Shown here one piece after another: positions 49,277-57,986 of a stretch of DNA of 64,000 nt; the stretch's first letter is position 1; each line of letters starts with the position of its first letter. Under the pieces are notes generated by a model, which worked only from the letters and a program-made list of their open reading frames with translations, was not told the origin of the DNA and ran no database searches. The stretch covers positions 90,114 to 154,113 of the IMG/VR virus record IMGVR_UViG_3300030329_005426; one strand, 5' to 3'. Position numbers and translations under genes: made by a program. Source of the DNA: a virus.

Positions 49277-49656
49277 CGGCTGTCCTTCATTTGTGCGCTA
49301 GCTTCCATCCAGTCGCTTTCGTTAACGGCTGCAATAAATTTTTTAAATTTACTTAGACGTGTTCGACCCATGTTAAACATCATATTAGCAACTACTAGTT
49401 GCATTTCTTCAGGTAAATCATAAAAATCAGGAAATAGTACTAAGCAATCATCACACACTTTTTGCACGTCTTCTTCGAAAACACTTTCTACTCGATCAGA
49501 TGATACTGCCGTATCAACTGGCTGACCATGTTCTGGATCATCTTCTGTCACCAAGTGTCCAATTCCAAAGGTTGGATATCCAAGATGATCTAAGTATATT
49601 GAGTCTACGCGACCTTCGTCTCGCTCCAAGTCTTCTCTTAATTGATCAATATTCAA
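49213..49656 (-). CDS. T4-type lysozyme (GH24 endolysin)
   Basis: DEG....Y.D..GYPT.GIGH, FNMG, SRWY.Q...RA. Confidence 0.92.
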   Translation of the reverse strand: MNIDQLREDLERDEGRVDSIYLDHLGYPTFGIGHLVTEDDPEHGQPVDTAVSSDRVESVFEEDVQKVCDDCLVLFPDFYDLPEEMQLVVANMMFNMGRTRLSKFKKFIAAVNESDWMEASAQMKDSRWYNQVTKRAQRLRDRVEALA

Positions 49657-50474
49657 TTTAGGTCTCCTAATAAAATCTTTAGTAGTAAAGCCATGCGAAT
49701 CCATAAGCCATTTTCCATCTGGTCAAAATAGACTGCGCGTTCATCGCTATCGAACGATTGTGGTATTTCACGATTTCTCGGAAAAGGATGCATAACGATA
49801 GCATTAGTATTTAGCTGATTTATCATTTCTTCTGTAAGAGTATAATAACCTTCTGTACCACGTTCTGTTTGTAATCGTGTCATGTACACCACGTCTGCAT
49901 CAGATAAGTTATCTATAAGTGTATCATCATAATGTTCACAGAATATAAGATTATTATCTTTTTCTAAAACCTTAGCTAGACTATGAACTGTTCGGCCATT
50001 CTTAATATCACCTGCTAAAACAATATTCAAATTAGATATGCGATTATATTTTTTATATATTGTATATAAATCGAGCAGTGTCTGTGTAGGATGTTCTCCG
50101 GCGCCGTCTCCTGCATTAATGATAGGGACAGAGCTAACAGATGCAGCAATTTCAGCGTCACCAATATTAGGACTTCTTAAAACAATAATATCACTATAAC
50201 TACCTATAGTGCGGATAGTATCTTCGAGATTTTCACCTTTAGTAACAGAACTATATTGAACTTCATTAATAGGAATAACTGAGCCACCCAACTTTAACAT
50301 AGCAGCATGGAAACTAGAAGATGTTCTGGTGGATGGTTCATAAAACAAGTTAGTTAAAATAAAGCCCCTAAGCGGGGCTTGAGGGGCAGAAGAGAGAGTG
50401 AGATTTGTCGCAGTGTCAAAGAGTTCCAATAATATATCATACCCAATGTCATCTATAGAAACTAAATGTCTCAC
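49653..50474 (-). CDS. pyrB: aspartate carbamoyltransferase catalytic subunit
   Basis: FYEPSTRT, KGE, NAGDG..EHPTQ, GRTVHS, TRLQ.ER, MHP.PR. Confidence 0.93.
   Translation of the reverse strand: MRHLVSIDDIGYDILLELFDTATNLTLSSAPQAPLRGFILTNLFYEPSTRTSSSFHAAMLKLGGSVIPINEVQYSSVTKGENLEDTIRTIGSYSDIIVLRSPNIGDAEIAASVSSVPIINAGDGAGEHPTQTLLDLYTIYKKYNRISNLNIVLAGDIKNGRTVHSLAKVLEKDNNLIFCEHYDDTLIDNLSDADVVYMTRLQTERGTEGYYTLTEEMINQLNTNAIVMHPFPRNREIPQSFDSDERAVYFDQMENGLWIRMALLLKILLGDLN
50356..50380 (-). terminator. intrinsic terminator-like hairpin inside pyrB
   Basis: AAGCCCC-GCTTA-GGGGCTT followed by TATTTT. Confidence 0.45.
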
Positions 50475-50493
50475 TCTCTCCCCCTATAGCGCG

Positions 50494-50973
50494 TCAGTCT
50501 TCGGTTAACATTTGTTTATCCGATTGGACTCCGGGTGCGCTATTAATTGCAAGTTTACGAGGCTTCTTTTCTTCTGGGATAATTCTCTCAAGAGAAATTT
50601 GCAGCATACCATCTGCTAGTTTTACATCCCTAACCTCCATGTCGGGAGCCAATGTAAACTTACGTTCAAAATTACGGCGTGCAATACCCTGATGAAGCTT
50701 AGCCTTCAGATCAGTGTTTTTGTCGGGTATTACCTTTCCCGATACGGTAAGTGTATCCTCTTGAAGAAGGATTTCCATATCCTTCTCGCCGAAACCGGCC
50801 ACGGCCATTTCGATTACGTATTCCGTGTCGGATACTTTGATGATGTCGTAAGGGGGATGACCCTTTACTGATGCGAAATTCGACTGGTGAAGGCGATCTA
50901 TCTCGTCCCACATCCGATCGAATCCTACGAAAAAAGGGTCCAGATTTCGTACATTAAATTGTGCTGTAACCAT
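50494..50973 (-). CDS. hsp20: small heat-shock protein Hsp20/IbpA
   Basis: PPYDI, IEMAVAGF, HQGIA.R.F.R.F.L, IPEEKKPR. Confidence 0.93.
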   Translation of the reverse strand: MVTAQFNVRNLDPFFVGFDRMWDEIDRLHQSNFASVKGHPPYDIIKVSDTEYVIEMAVAGFGEKDMEILLQEDTLTVSGKVIPDKNTDLKAKLHQGIARRNFERKFTLAPDMEVRDVKLADGMLQISLERIIPEEKKPRKLAINSAPGVQSDKQMLTED

Positions 50974-50978
50974 TTTAT

Positions 50979-51029
50979 ACCTCCTTCGGTTAAGCAAGGT
51001 TTAAATATAGGTCCCTATAAAGGCGACCT
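50979..51029 (-). promoter_or_regulatory. ROSE-type RNA thermometer
   Basis: ACCTTGCTT pairs with AAGGAGGT SD with bulged G; upstream hairpin 51009-51029. Confidence 0.8.
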
Positions 51030-51030
51030 G

Positions 51031-51126
51031 AATGGAATGAGGACCGGAGACTTGTGTGTTAGGTAATTGTGATCACTCTCACGCCATAGACAACGATCAG
51101 TGACTTCCCCCGGTCCTCTCTCCATT
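51031..51126 (-). ncRNA. candidate structured RNA domain
   Basis: 6-bp + 12-bp closing stems; G-U pairs only on minus strand; internal TGATC/GATCA stem. Confidence 0.5.
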
Positions 51127-51158
51127 TGTGATGTAGGATACATCTCCTACATTATTAT

Positions 51159-51187
51159 ATATAAGGCATTGCCCTATATTTTGCAAC
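51159..51187 (-). promoter_or_regulatory. putative RpoH-type promoter
   Basis: GTTG-N17-CCTTATAT. Confidence 0.45.
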
Positions 51188-51202
51188 CGGAAAGTGACGT
51201 TT

Positions 51203-51427
51203 TCAGGAAACCAGTTTATTGCCCCATTTAATATCGGCAATATACGTGATGTATCCATCGCGACTGGTATCAACAGTAATGTTGTAATTCCCAGCATATT
51301 CTGCCAAAAATACAGACACGCTGTTGTACGCATGCTGAGGATTTTTTACCGCCCAGCCAAGATTATGCTCGAGCTTCACTTGTGCCGTAACGGCCCCTTT
51401 CAACTCCGATGTATTCATTATATACAC
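51203..51427 (-). CDS. hypothetical protein
   Basis: coupled ORF. Confidence 0.6.
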   Translation of the reverse strand: MYIMNTSELKGAVTAQVKLEHNLGWAVKNPQHAYNSVSVFLAEYAGNYNITVDTSRDGYITYIADIKWGNKLVS

Positions 51428-51780
51428 CTCAATTGATCACGAGCTATCATTTTAGCTCTCTCACGGTTTTTCGCTGCCATCGTCAACAGCATTGAACCCA
51501 CAGGCTCATGCTTACCCACAAACCGATGACTCTCGTTATCACGAGCCATCTGATTCTGGCGCGCCGCGCTATCCCAGAGTATCACGCAATCTTTGTGATC
51601 CTCCATCCAGGCCTCGCCAGATTCCCAGGTTTCGCCCTGCTCACTAACCCACTCTTGAGTTGCAAACAGGCACCACTCGCGTTCAGTTATTTCCATCTGA
51701 ACAGCGGAACCACCGTGGGTCTTACCGGCCCAAAAACGGACAGCCATGTGCTCACCGTTAACTGTAAATTGTGTACTCAT
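51418..51780 (-). CDS. hypothetical early protein
   Basis: TAATG-coupled. Confidence 0.7.
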   Translation of the reverse strand: MSTQFTVNGEHMAVRFWAGKTHGGSAVQMEITEREWCLFATQEWVSEQGETWESGEAWMEDHKDCVILWDSAARQNQMARDNESHRFVGKHEPVGSMLLTMAAKNRERAKMIARDQLRCI

Positions 51781-52136
51781 TATGATACCGTCCTTTCACC
51801 AGTTATGACGTTGACGACTTCAACGCCGGGTCCAAAAGCAGCGCGCATTTCGAACTGCTCTTCAGCAATCTGCTCAGGGGTGCGATTTGCACGAGCAACT
51901 TTGTAGTCAGCGAAGAAAGCCGCATTCTGCTCGTCGCGAGCGATTTCAGTCGCATCGAAAACTTCCTGAGTGATCAGGCCGAGCTCTAACCAACGAGTGG
52001 TCATGTCGTTCATCGGGCTGCGATCGTTGGTGTTCCACAGCAACACACCATCTTCGATCCGATGATCGTTTTTGGCGAATTTCTCTGCGGCTTCTTTAAG
52101 ATCGCGCTCTTTGCGGATTTCTGCGAAATTTGACAT
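51780..52136 (-). CDS. hypothetical early protein
   Basis: start MSNFAEI; C-terminal EMRAAFGPG.EVVNVITG. Confidence 0.75.
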   Translation of the reverse strand: MSNFAEIRKERDLKEAAEKFAKNDHRIEDGVLLWNTNDRSPMNDMTTRWLELGLITQEVFDATEIARDEQNAAFFADYKVARANRTPEQIAEEQFEMRAAFGPGVEVVNVITGERTVS

Positions 52137-52167
52137 CTGTGTTTCCTTTGCTCTCTCTATTATATTA

Positions 52168-52249
52168 ATTATCACGCAATTCAATAATAAAGGCAACCCG
52201 GTATTTTCAAAAAAACACACTTTTCTTTTCTAATGATATCAACGACTTA
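52168..52249 (-). promoter_or_regulatory. early promoter element copy 3
   Basis: TTGCCT-N17-GATAAT; TATCAACGACTTA at 52237-52249. Confidence 0.8.
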
Positions 52250-53207
52250 TATAGGGGGCAGGGTCGATATCCTTCAATTGGTCGCGTCTGATGACGGTAC
52301 CGTCGGCTAAAACGGCCACATTTCTGCACGTTCCTTCAAATGCATCCAGCTGGCCGTGTTTAAGCGAAATGACCTTGCCCTTGCCATATGCATATGACCG
52401 GTCACCCGTCTGATTGAAGATATAGTCCCGGAGCTCCATTTTACCCTGCAGATACCCCTCCGGATTCGAGATATGCTCGCGGTGGAGCTCATTTCGCAGA
52501 TGCTTCGTGATAAACCAGCGCTGGACATCATAATCCGTAAATAGGCTCTCACAATTCTCAATTACAACATTATCGTACGGCACACCTTCAAAATCACGAT
52601 ATCGGCGCCAGAACCAACCAAATCGAATCTTGCTATAGAAATCCCATTCATCGCCTACGGGACTCAAGGATCCTGCACTGAATAATGTATCCGCCTCATT
52701 TCCATGAACCGTAATATGATGCTTGACGATCTCCGCACGAATATTCCCATCATTTATAACATGCGGCATATACTGAACGAGTGTATCATATAAATCTGGA
52801 TATTCGTCAATGGATCCCGGACTCATAATAACTCTGAGCTGATCCGACTCAGCATGTTCTTTAAGCAATAGCAGCGTGGCGGTACTATCTATGCCGCCAG
52901 AATATAGAACGTCAATGGGTCGATTTAATCTACACAATCGCTGCGCTTTAGCATCAAGTAATGTTATGAGATCGGGTAATTCAACTTCTTCATTAGGCGG
53001 TAATACGTCGAATGATAAAGTTCTGAGGCCCCAGTTTTTTTCATTTAGTCGATCGATGACGCCTGTGCCATAAAATTGCTTGCGTATCCGATCTGCTTCT
53101 TCTTGTAAGCCTTGTAGCTTAGGATAAGTAGGTCCGTATTTCCACATTTTTTGAAATATGGCTTCTACGAATTCGGGCCTATAATATATAAGATATTTTT
53201 CTTCCAT
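52239..53207 (-). CDS. adenine-nucleotide alpha-hydrolase (asparagine synthase C-domain-like)
   Basis: YSGGIDST, G.EAD.LF; TAATG-coupled to TRAP permease. Confidence 0.7.
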   Translation of the reverse strand: MEEKYLIYYRPEFVEAIFQKMWKYGPTYPKLQGLQEEADRIRKQFYGTGVIDRLNEKNWGLRTLSFDVLPPNEEVELPDLITLLDAKAQRLCRLNRPIDVLYSGGIDSTATLLLLKEHAESDQLRVIMSPGSIDEYPDLYDTLVQYMPHVINDGNIRAEIVKHHITVHGNEADTLFSAGSLSPVGDEWDFYSKIRFGWFWRRYRDFEGVPYDNVVIENCESLFTDYDVQRWFITKHLRNELHREHISNPEGYLQGKMELRDYIFNQTGDRSYAYGKGKVISLKHGQLDAFEGTCRNVAVLADGTVIRRDQLKDIDPAPYISR

Positions 53208-54535
53208 TATAGCCACACAAAAATAAACGGAACAATGAATAGGGGTAATGCTAGCCACACAGACATAAATGATACGTCAATGGGATCTGCATCAGCTATC
53301 TTTGCTGCAGTGAACGAAGACAGTGCTACGGGCGGGGTGATCATAGATAATACTCCATAGTATAATACAAACAGATGAGCATATATAGGCGTAATCCCAA
53401 CTTCGATTAATGTTGGGGCTGCAACTACTGCTACTAATAGATATGCGGATGAAGTAGGCATCCCCATACCTAAAATTATACAGATTATAGCGGTTAATAT
53501 TAAAACAGCAAAAATGTTGCCGTTAGTCCATTCAAGCATCATTGCTGTTGCTCTGAACGATAAGCCAGTATGATCCAATACCCCTATTATACTTCCTACA
53601 GCAGCTGCTAGAATTACCATAGGCATAGTAATCTCACCTGCTCGATGTAATAAATTTATTATGTTGGGGAACTGTAATTTGGTCTTACGCTTTGGAAGTG
53701 ATACTTTAGACGTTCGAGGCGCGGTAATCAAAAGAATAGCATAGAAGATAAATGTTGGGATAATGGCTACTAAAACTACGTCCCAATACGATATCATTAA
53801 CATCTCAGCCATTAAAAATGCAGCTGCTCCCATTACGGGTGGCATTAATTGGCCACCTGTTGATGCTACTGCTTCATATGCGGCTGCTTTTACTTTACTA
53901 TATCCATTCTGAATCATTAAAGGAATAGTAATTTGCCCGGTTGACATTACGTTAGATACAGCACTACCACTAATACTACCAAATATCCCTGATGATATAA
54001 TTGCTACGCGTGCTGGTGAATTAACATGCGTCATTACTGTATCTATTAAACGATCAGCTAATTTACTTTGTGTTATAATCTGTCCTAGTAAAATAAAACA
54101 AAATACAACCCCTGACATAATAGCAATAGGCATACCTAGAATTGCGGTATTATCGATTAAGAGAAAAGCGAATATATGCTCTGGGGTTAATTTAAATAAA
54201 CCATATAACAAAAATACATTTAATATCGCTGCAAAGGCCCAACCACAATGTTTATGAGTCTGTAGAACTAGATAAAGAAAAAATGGTACGGTGAAGTAAA
54301 TTGGAATTTCAGGGTGTTCTGATAGGTAGGGGAAGAATATAGCATATACTATTCCTAATACACCAAAAGTCCAACCCAGAGCTATTCCGAGAAGGACTGC
54401 ATATATTTGTTCATCGAGAAAAGGGTAGCCGATGTAAAAATCAACATCGACTACCGCTAAAATAGCAATTATAGAAAATAAGCTACTTCTAAGTTTTCTT
54501 GAAAAGGATGACGCCGCCGCGGTCTTTAATTTCAA
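53207..54535 (-). CDS. TRAP transporter permease (TAXI-type fused family, shortened)
   Basis: SGSAVSNV.STG.ITIP.M, EAVASTGGQ.MPPVMGAAAF, LGMGMPT, ITPPVA. Confidence 0.9.
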   Translation of the reverse strand: MKLKTAAASSFSRKLRSSLFSIIAILAVVDVDFYIGYPFLDEQIYAVLLGIALGWTFGVLGIVYAIFFPYLSEHPEIPIYFTVPFFLYLVLQTHKHCGWAFAAILNVFLLYGLFKLTPEHIFAFLLIDNTAILGMPIAIMSGVVFCFILLGQIITQSKLADRLIDTVMTHVNSPARVAIISSGIFGSISGSAVSNVMSTGQITIPLMIQNGYSKVKAAAYEAVASTGGQLMPPVMGAAAFLMAEMLMISYWDVVLVAIIPTFIFYAILLITAPRTSKVSLPKRKTKLQFPNIINLLHRAGEITMPMVILAAAVGSIIGVLDHTGLSFRATAMMLEWTNGNIFAVLILTAIICIILGMGMPTSSAYLLVAVVAAPTLIEVGITPIYAHLFVLYYGVLSMITPPVALSSFTAAKIADADPIDVSFMSVWLALPLFIVPFIFVWL

Positions 54536-55469
54536 CCCCAAGCTCTTGGTATGCGTCAATAGCTCCTGGATGCATTGGTAAACCATTGGTTACTTCCATC
54601 ATATTCCATTTATTAAATGTTTTGAAAAAAGGACTAGCCGCCCTTAAATTCTCTTCACTCCAAAATAGATACTTAACTACTGTTTTTACAGCTTCAGTTG
54701 GTACATCTTTATGGGCCCATAATGTATATGGAAAATGTATAGCATAAATTGGATCCCGAACTCCGGGAGTAGCTTTTGAGGGGTGAATAACTTTTAACGA
54801 ATATCCAGGATAATTTTTAAACATCCGTTTTTCACCAGCTTTATCAAAAGATAACCAACGTACTCCACCTTTAATTGAAGCATGTAATTTTTTAATACTA
54901 CCTGAGCCAATGGCACCAATAACAACATCTAGATCACCACGATTAAATGCTTTCCATGATGATCCTAAACTCGATACTGGGACTTGAATAACATCATCAA
55001 GAGTTAAATCACAATTAGTAAGCCAGGCAACCATTCCACTATGAAACATAGGCGAACTTTTAAATCCAACAGGCACTTTTTTTCCTGCTAGACTACATAC
55101 ACGGCCTATATCAGAACTATCGCGCACTAGCAATCCGGTTCTAAATGTTTGTAGATTTGCTACAAGACGTAAATTTGAATGTTTACGTTTTGAAATAACC
55201 GTTCCGCTTACTGCCCACGATAGCTGTGCTATATTACTGATTCCAAAATCGATTTCACCTTTATCAACTCGATCAATATAAGCCTGTGTTCCTCTATGTG
55301 GAATGGGTACCATAAGTTGGCCGTTATAAGAAACAATCTTTGCGATTGCAGCTGCTGTTTGATAATTGGCAGTTCCTTTTGTACTGCCAAGTGTTAATTC
55401 CTGAGCCATGGCTTGTGAACCCAAGAACAAAGCCACCACTGTGGCCACTGTGGCTATCACGGTACGCAT
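54489..55469 (-). CDS. TAXI family TRAP solute-binding protein
   Basis: signal peptide; L.GKKV.VG; P.HPGA..AY.E.G. Confidence 0.85.
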   Translation of the reverse strand: MRTVIATVATVVALFLGSQAMAQELTLGSTKGTANYQTAAAIAKIVSYNGQLMVPIPHRGTQAYIDRVDKGEIDFGISNIAQLSWAVSGTVISKRKHSNLRLVANLQTFRTGLLVRDSSDIGRVCSLAGKKVPVGFKSSPMFHSGMVAWLTNCDLTLDDVIQVPVSSLGSSWKAFNRGDLDVVIGAIGSGSIKKLHASIKGGVRWLSFDKAGEKRMFKNYPGYSLKVIHPSKATPGVRDPIYAIHFPYTLWAHKDVPTEAVKTVVKYLFWSEENLRAASPFFKTFNKWNMMEVTNGLPMHPGAIDAYQELGVEIKDRGGVILFKKT

Positions 55470-55487
55470 AATTTTACTCCTTCATAC

Positions 55488-56372
55488 CTAAAATTTAATA
55501 TTAATACCTATCCTCGTTGTTGTGTCTTCGGTTGTTAGATCGAAATCACCTTCAGCAAATAACTCGGCATTTCCAAGTGTGTAATATGTTCCAGCTGTTA
55601 AGTTACCATCATCACCTGTGGCGTCTGTATCTTGCCAGCCACCGATAAATTGAAGATCAGGCATTACTTTATATCCAGCTGCTAATTCATAACCAATAAC
55701 GTCAGTAGCAGCATCTTGTAATGTAAGACTGCCAGCTACCATGTATTTACCAAACTCTTGTTTGGTACCGATACCATAATAGTTGATATCAGCATTATTA
55801 TCCCAAGCACCAACGATGCCGATTCCTTTATACACTACACCGTACTGTACCAAATCAAACATCTCATCTTTAGTATCGTCGTAAATTCGTCCTTGTGCGC
55901 CGACTTTAAAATCACCGAATGAGTTTTCATATTTCCAACTATTTGACAATTTAAATGGTGTCTTTTGTACACCTTGGTTACCGCTGTTTTGGAATACGTC
56001 TGCCTTATCAACATACTGGTCCATAATACTCATTGTTTTACCAATAGAAAAGGCACCTAGTCTATCATTTTTCAAACCAACATATCCAAAACGGCTTGTT
56101 ATATTATTACCGGATGAAATATCTAGATCAGCGCTCAATTCACCGAACGCAGTAATTGATGGAGATACTTCGTGGTCTACTTTTAATGTAATATTTGTAT
56201 CAGAAGATTTGATTTCTGCATCTTTGTTATCTTCTGTTCCGAACTCAATAAATGCTTTTACTTCGGCATTCATTGAAACATTTGGTTCTTTAGCTGGGCT
56301 ACCTGCATAAGCGTGTAGACCAAAAGCTTGGGCGGCAATAAACATTATTGCTACCATAGTCGTTTTTAACAT
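55488..56372 (-). CDS. Gram-negative outer-membrane porin
   Basis: signal peptide; R.GYVGL...G.FSIGK; amphipathic strands; terminal Phe. Confidence 0.85.
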   Translation of the reverse strand: MLKTTMVAIMFIAAQAFGLHAYAGSPAKEPNVSMNAEVKAFIEFGTEDNKDAEIKSSDTNITLKVDHEVSPSITAFGELSADLDISSGNNITSRFGYVGLKNDRLGAFSIGKTMSIMDQYVDKADVFQNSGNQGVQKTPFKLSNSWKYENSFGDFKVGAQGRIYDDTKDEMFDLVQYGVVYKGIGIVGAWDNNADINYYGIGTKQEFGKYMVAGSLTLQDAATDVIGYELAAGYKVMPDLQFIGGWQDTDATGDDGNLTAGTYYTLGNAELFAEGDFDLTTEDTTTRIGINIKF

Positions 56373-56405
56373 GTATTATATGTAACCTTTCTGCGCTTAT
56401 AACGC

Positions 56406-56462
56406 CTATAGTATATCTAAAATCATCACTAATGTTATAATCATAATAGTTAGTGTATGCAT
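56406..56462 (-). CDS. putative 18-aa hydrophobic leader peptide
   Basis: MHTLTIMIITLVMILDIL. Confidence 0.35.
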   Translation of the reverse strand: MHTLTIMIITLVMILDIL

Positions 56463-56471
56463 TGTAATTCC

Positions 56472-56489
56472 GTTGAACCATTGTTCAAC
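56472..56489. promoter_or_regulatory. operator-like inverted repeat
   Basis: GTTGAAC-CATT-GTTCAAC. Confidence 0.45.
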
Positions 56490-56517
56490 CATCCGCCGAT
56501 AATACTCAATCATTGAT

Positions 56518-56916
56518 TTATCGTTTTTTTCCGATATTGTATTTTGCTGTTAATTCCCATGAATCCTTTTCTTTAAAAGGAAGGATTTTGACTTGTCCGA
56601 TGGGAGCGACAGGATCTGCGGATTTCTCTGGTTGCGCAAGTTTGATTAAACCCCACTCGGCAAGTAGATTAGCAATGGTATTGCGCCTTGCTATATCATT
56701 CTCACTGAAATTAGTAGGTTTACCGTCTAGCGCAAATAATTCTTTAAAATGGACAATATAATATCGTCCTTGCTTATGGAGAATGTGGCATGATTGATAT
56801 AGAATTTTGTCTTTGCGTGATGCAACGCCAATACGAGTTAGAGTCTCTCTAACCTTAAGAAAGTCATCGTCACTAGCAAGGATAACTTCAACCATGTTAT
56901 CTATTGTTATTGTCAT
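56518..56916 (-). CDS. regA: translational repressor RegA
   Basis: DFLKVRETLTRIGVAS, QSCHILHKQGRYYIVHFKELF. Confidence 0.96.
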   Translation of the reverse strand: MTITIDNMVEVILASDDDFLKVRETLTRIGVASRKDKILYQSCHILHKQGRYYIVHFKELFALDGKPTNFSENDIARRNTIANLLAEWGLIKLAQPEKSADPVAPIGQVKILPFKEKDSWELTAKYNIGKKR

Positions 56917-57305
56917 TGTCTGCCACCTTTATTACTGAATCGTTTAATTTCCCCCAATTGATCAGCAGACAACAATGACAATGCTTCTTCGGCTTTCTTA
57001 GTATTATAACCATAATATTCTTTCAGCAAATCAATATCATCGTTCTGATCAGGCTTAGCCCATTTTGCGTATCTGCGCTTTGGCCTGATAATATTTATGA
57101 AAAATTCATATTGAAGCTTGTTATCTAGCTCAGATCTTATATTCATCTCGTTGGCTAGATAGATGGTATCAATGAAATTACTAAAGTTTCGATTCGTCAC
57201 AAAAGGAACATAATCCTTTTCTGCGAGTTCATCGTTGTCAGTATCACGCATTAAATTTTCTTTTGTATACCCAATACTGTTTACATAATCAAAAGGATTG
57301 CTCAT
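56913..57305 (-). CDS. 62: clamp loader small subunit (gp62)
   Basis: Y.PF..NR, ANEMN, YYGY...KA. Confidence 0.9.
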   Translation of the reverse strand: MSNPFDYVNSIGYTKENLMRDTDNDELAEKDYVPFVTNRNFSNFIDTIYLANEMNIRSELDNKLQYEFFINIIRPKRRYAKWAKPDQNDDIDLLKEYYGYNTKKAEEALSLLSADQLGEIKRFSNKGGRQ

Positions 57306-57307
57306 AC

Positions 57308-57541
57308 CTATACCGTTTCACTCGTTGTTGAATTATAATGTGGGCTAGGGATTGTTTGTAATTTTGCAAATCGATCGTATGTTATTAAAGCAACTTCAGT
57401 TGTTGCCATAACTCTACCTTGTTGATCTACAAATTCTGTTCTATGAAGTTGCTTAAAACCATCGGCCGACTGGAGGGGTATCATAACATTAGAATATAGG
57501 GTTGATATAGGCCCTATTGGATCAATTGGACTAACTGACAT
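57308..57541 (-). CDS. small protein, paralogue of 36059..36241
   Basis: PIDPIGPIS...ITYD. Confidence 0.65.
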   Translation of the reverse strand: MSVSPIDPIGPISTLYSNVMIPLQSADGFKQLHRTEFVDQQGRVMATTEVALITYDRFAKLQTIPSPHYNSTTSETV

Positions 57542-57542
57542 T

Positions 57543-57986
57543 TTATACCCACCATTCTTCCCATGGAAATACGATCCAGTGCGGATCTTCTTTTTTATTT
57601 ATTTCCATTGCAAAATAATCTGTTTCAAACGGTGATGCTACATTTTCTACTAACGCTGCATACTTAATATTATTACTACGATAAAATATATTATCCCTGA
57701 TATACTTAAATGTGTCACCCGAGTCATTGATGTCATCAAAAATCAAAAGATCTTTATCCATCAATTCGGGATTGATGCCATTATTAAGTTTATCGACTAT
57801 GCCGTCTCTAAGCTGTACCGTTATTGATTTGAAAGGAACGGCGAAGTAATGGCTTAACATAATGGCGGGAACATGCCCGCCACGTGCTACTCCAATTATA
57901 TATTCGGGACGATATCTTTCATTTGTCATGTCCCTAATAATTTTACCTAAATCACTATGTAACTGACGCCACGGGTACTTAATCAC
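57543..57986 (-). CDS. purine (xanthine/guanine) phosphoribosyltransferase
   Basis: GVARGG.VPA, LIFDDINDSGDT, WIVFPWE. Confidence 0.88.
   Translation of the reverse strand: MIKYPWRQLHSDLGKIIRDMTNERYRPEYIIGVARGGHVPAIMLSHYFAVPFKSITVQLRDGIVDKLNNGINPELMDKDLLIFDDINDSGDTFKYIRDNIFYRSNNIKYAALVENVASPFETDYFAMEINKKEDPHWIVFPWEEWWV

Noticed and set aside
51078-51104. Resemblance of GUCAC...UGGCGUGA to the SAM/SAH riboswitch
   Set aside because: Loop length and sequence differ, no SD pseudoknot partner, and the gene context is wrong.
51097-51333. 78-aa ORF
   Set aside because: Overlaps a better ORF, the promoter and RNA hairpins.
56299-56481. 60-aa ORF
   Set aside because: Overlaps the porin start out of frame; no recognisable features.
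56475-56486. GAAC-N4-GTTC as Gram-positive LexA box
   Set aside because: Porin, lipoproteins and spanins indicate a Gram-negative host; kept only as a generic palindrome.
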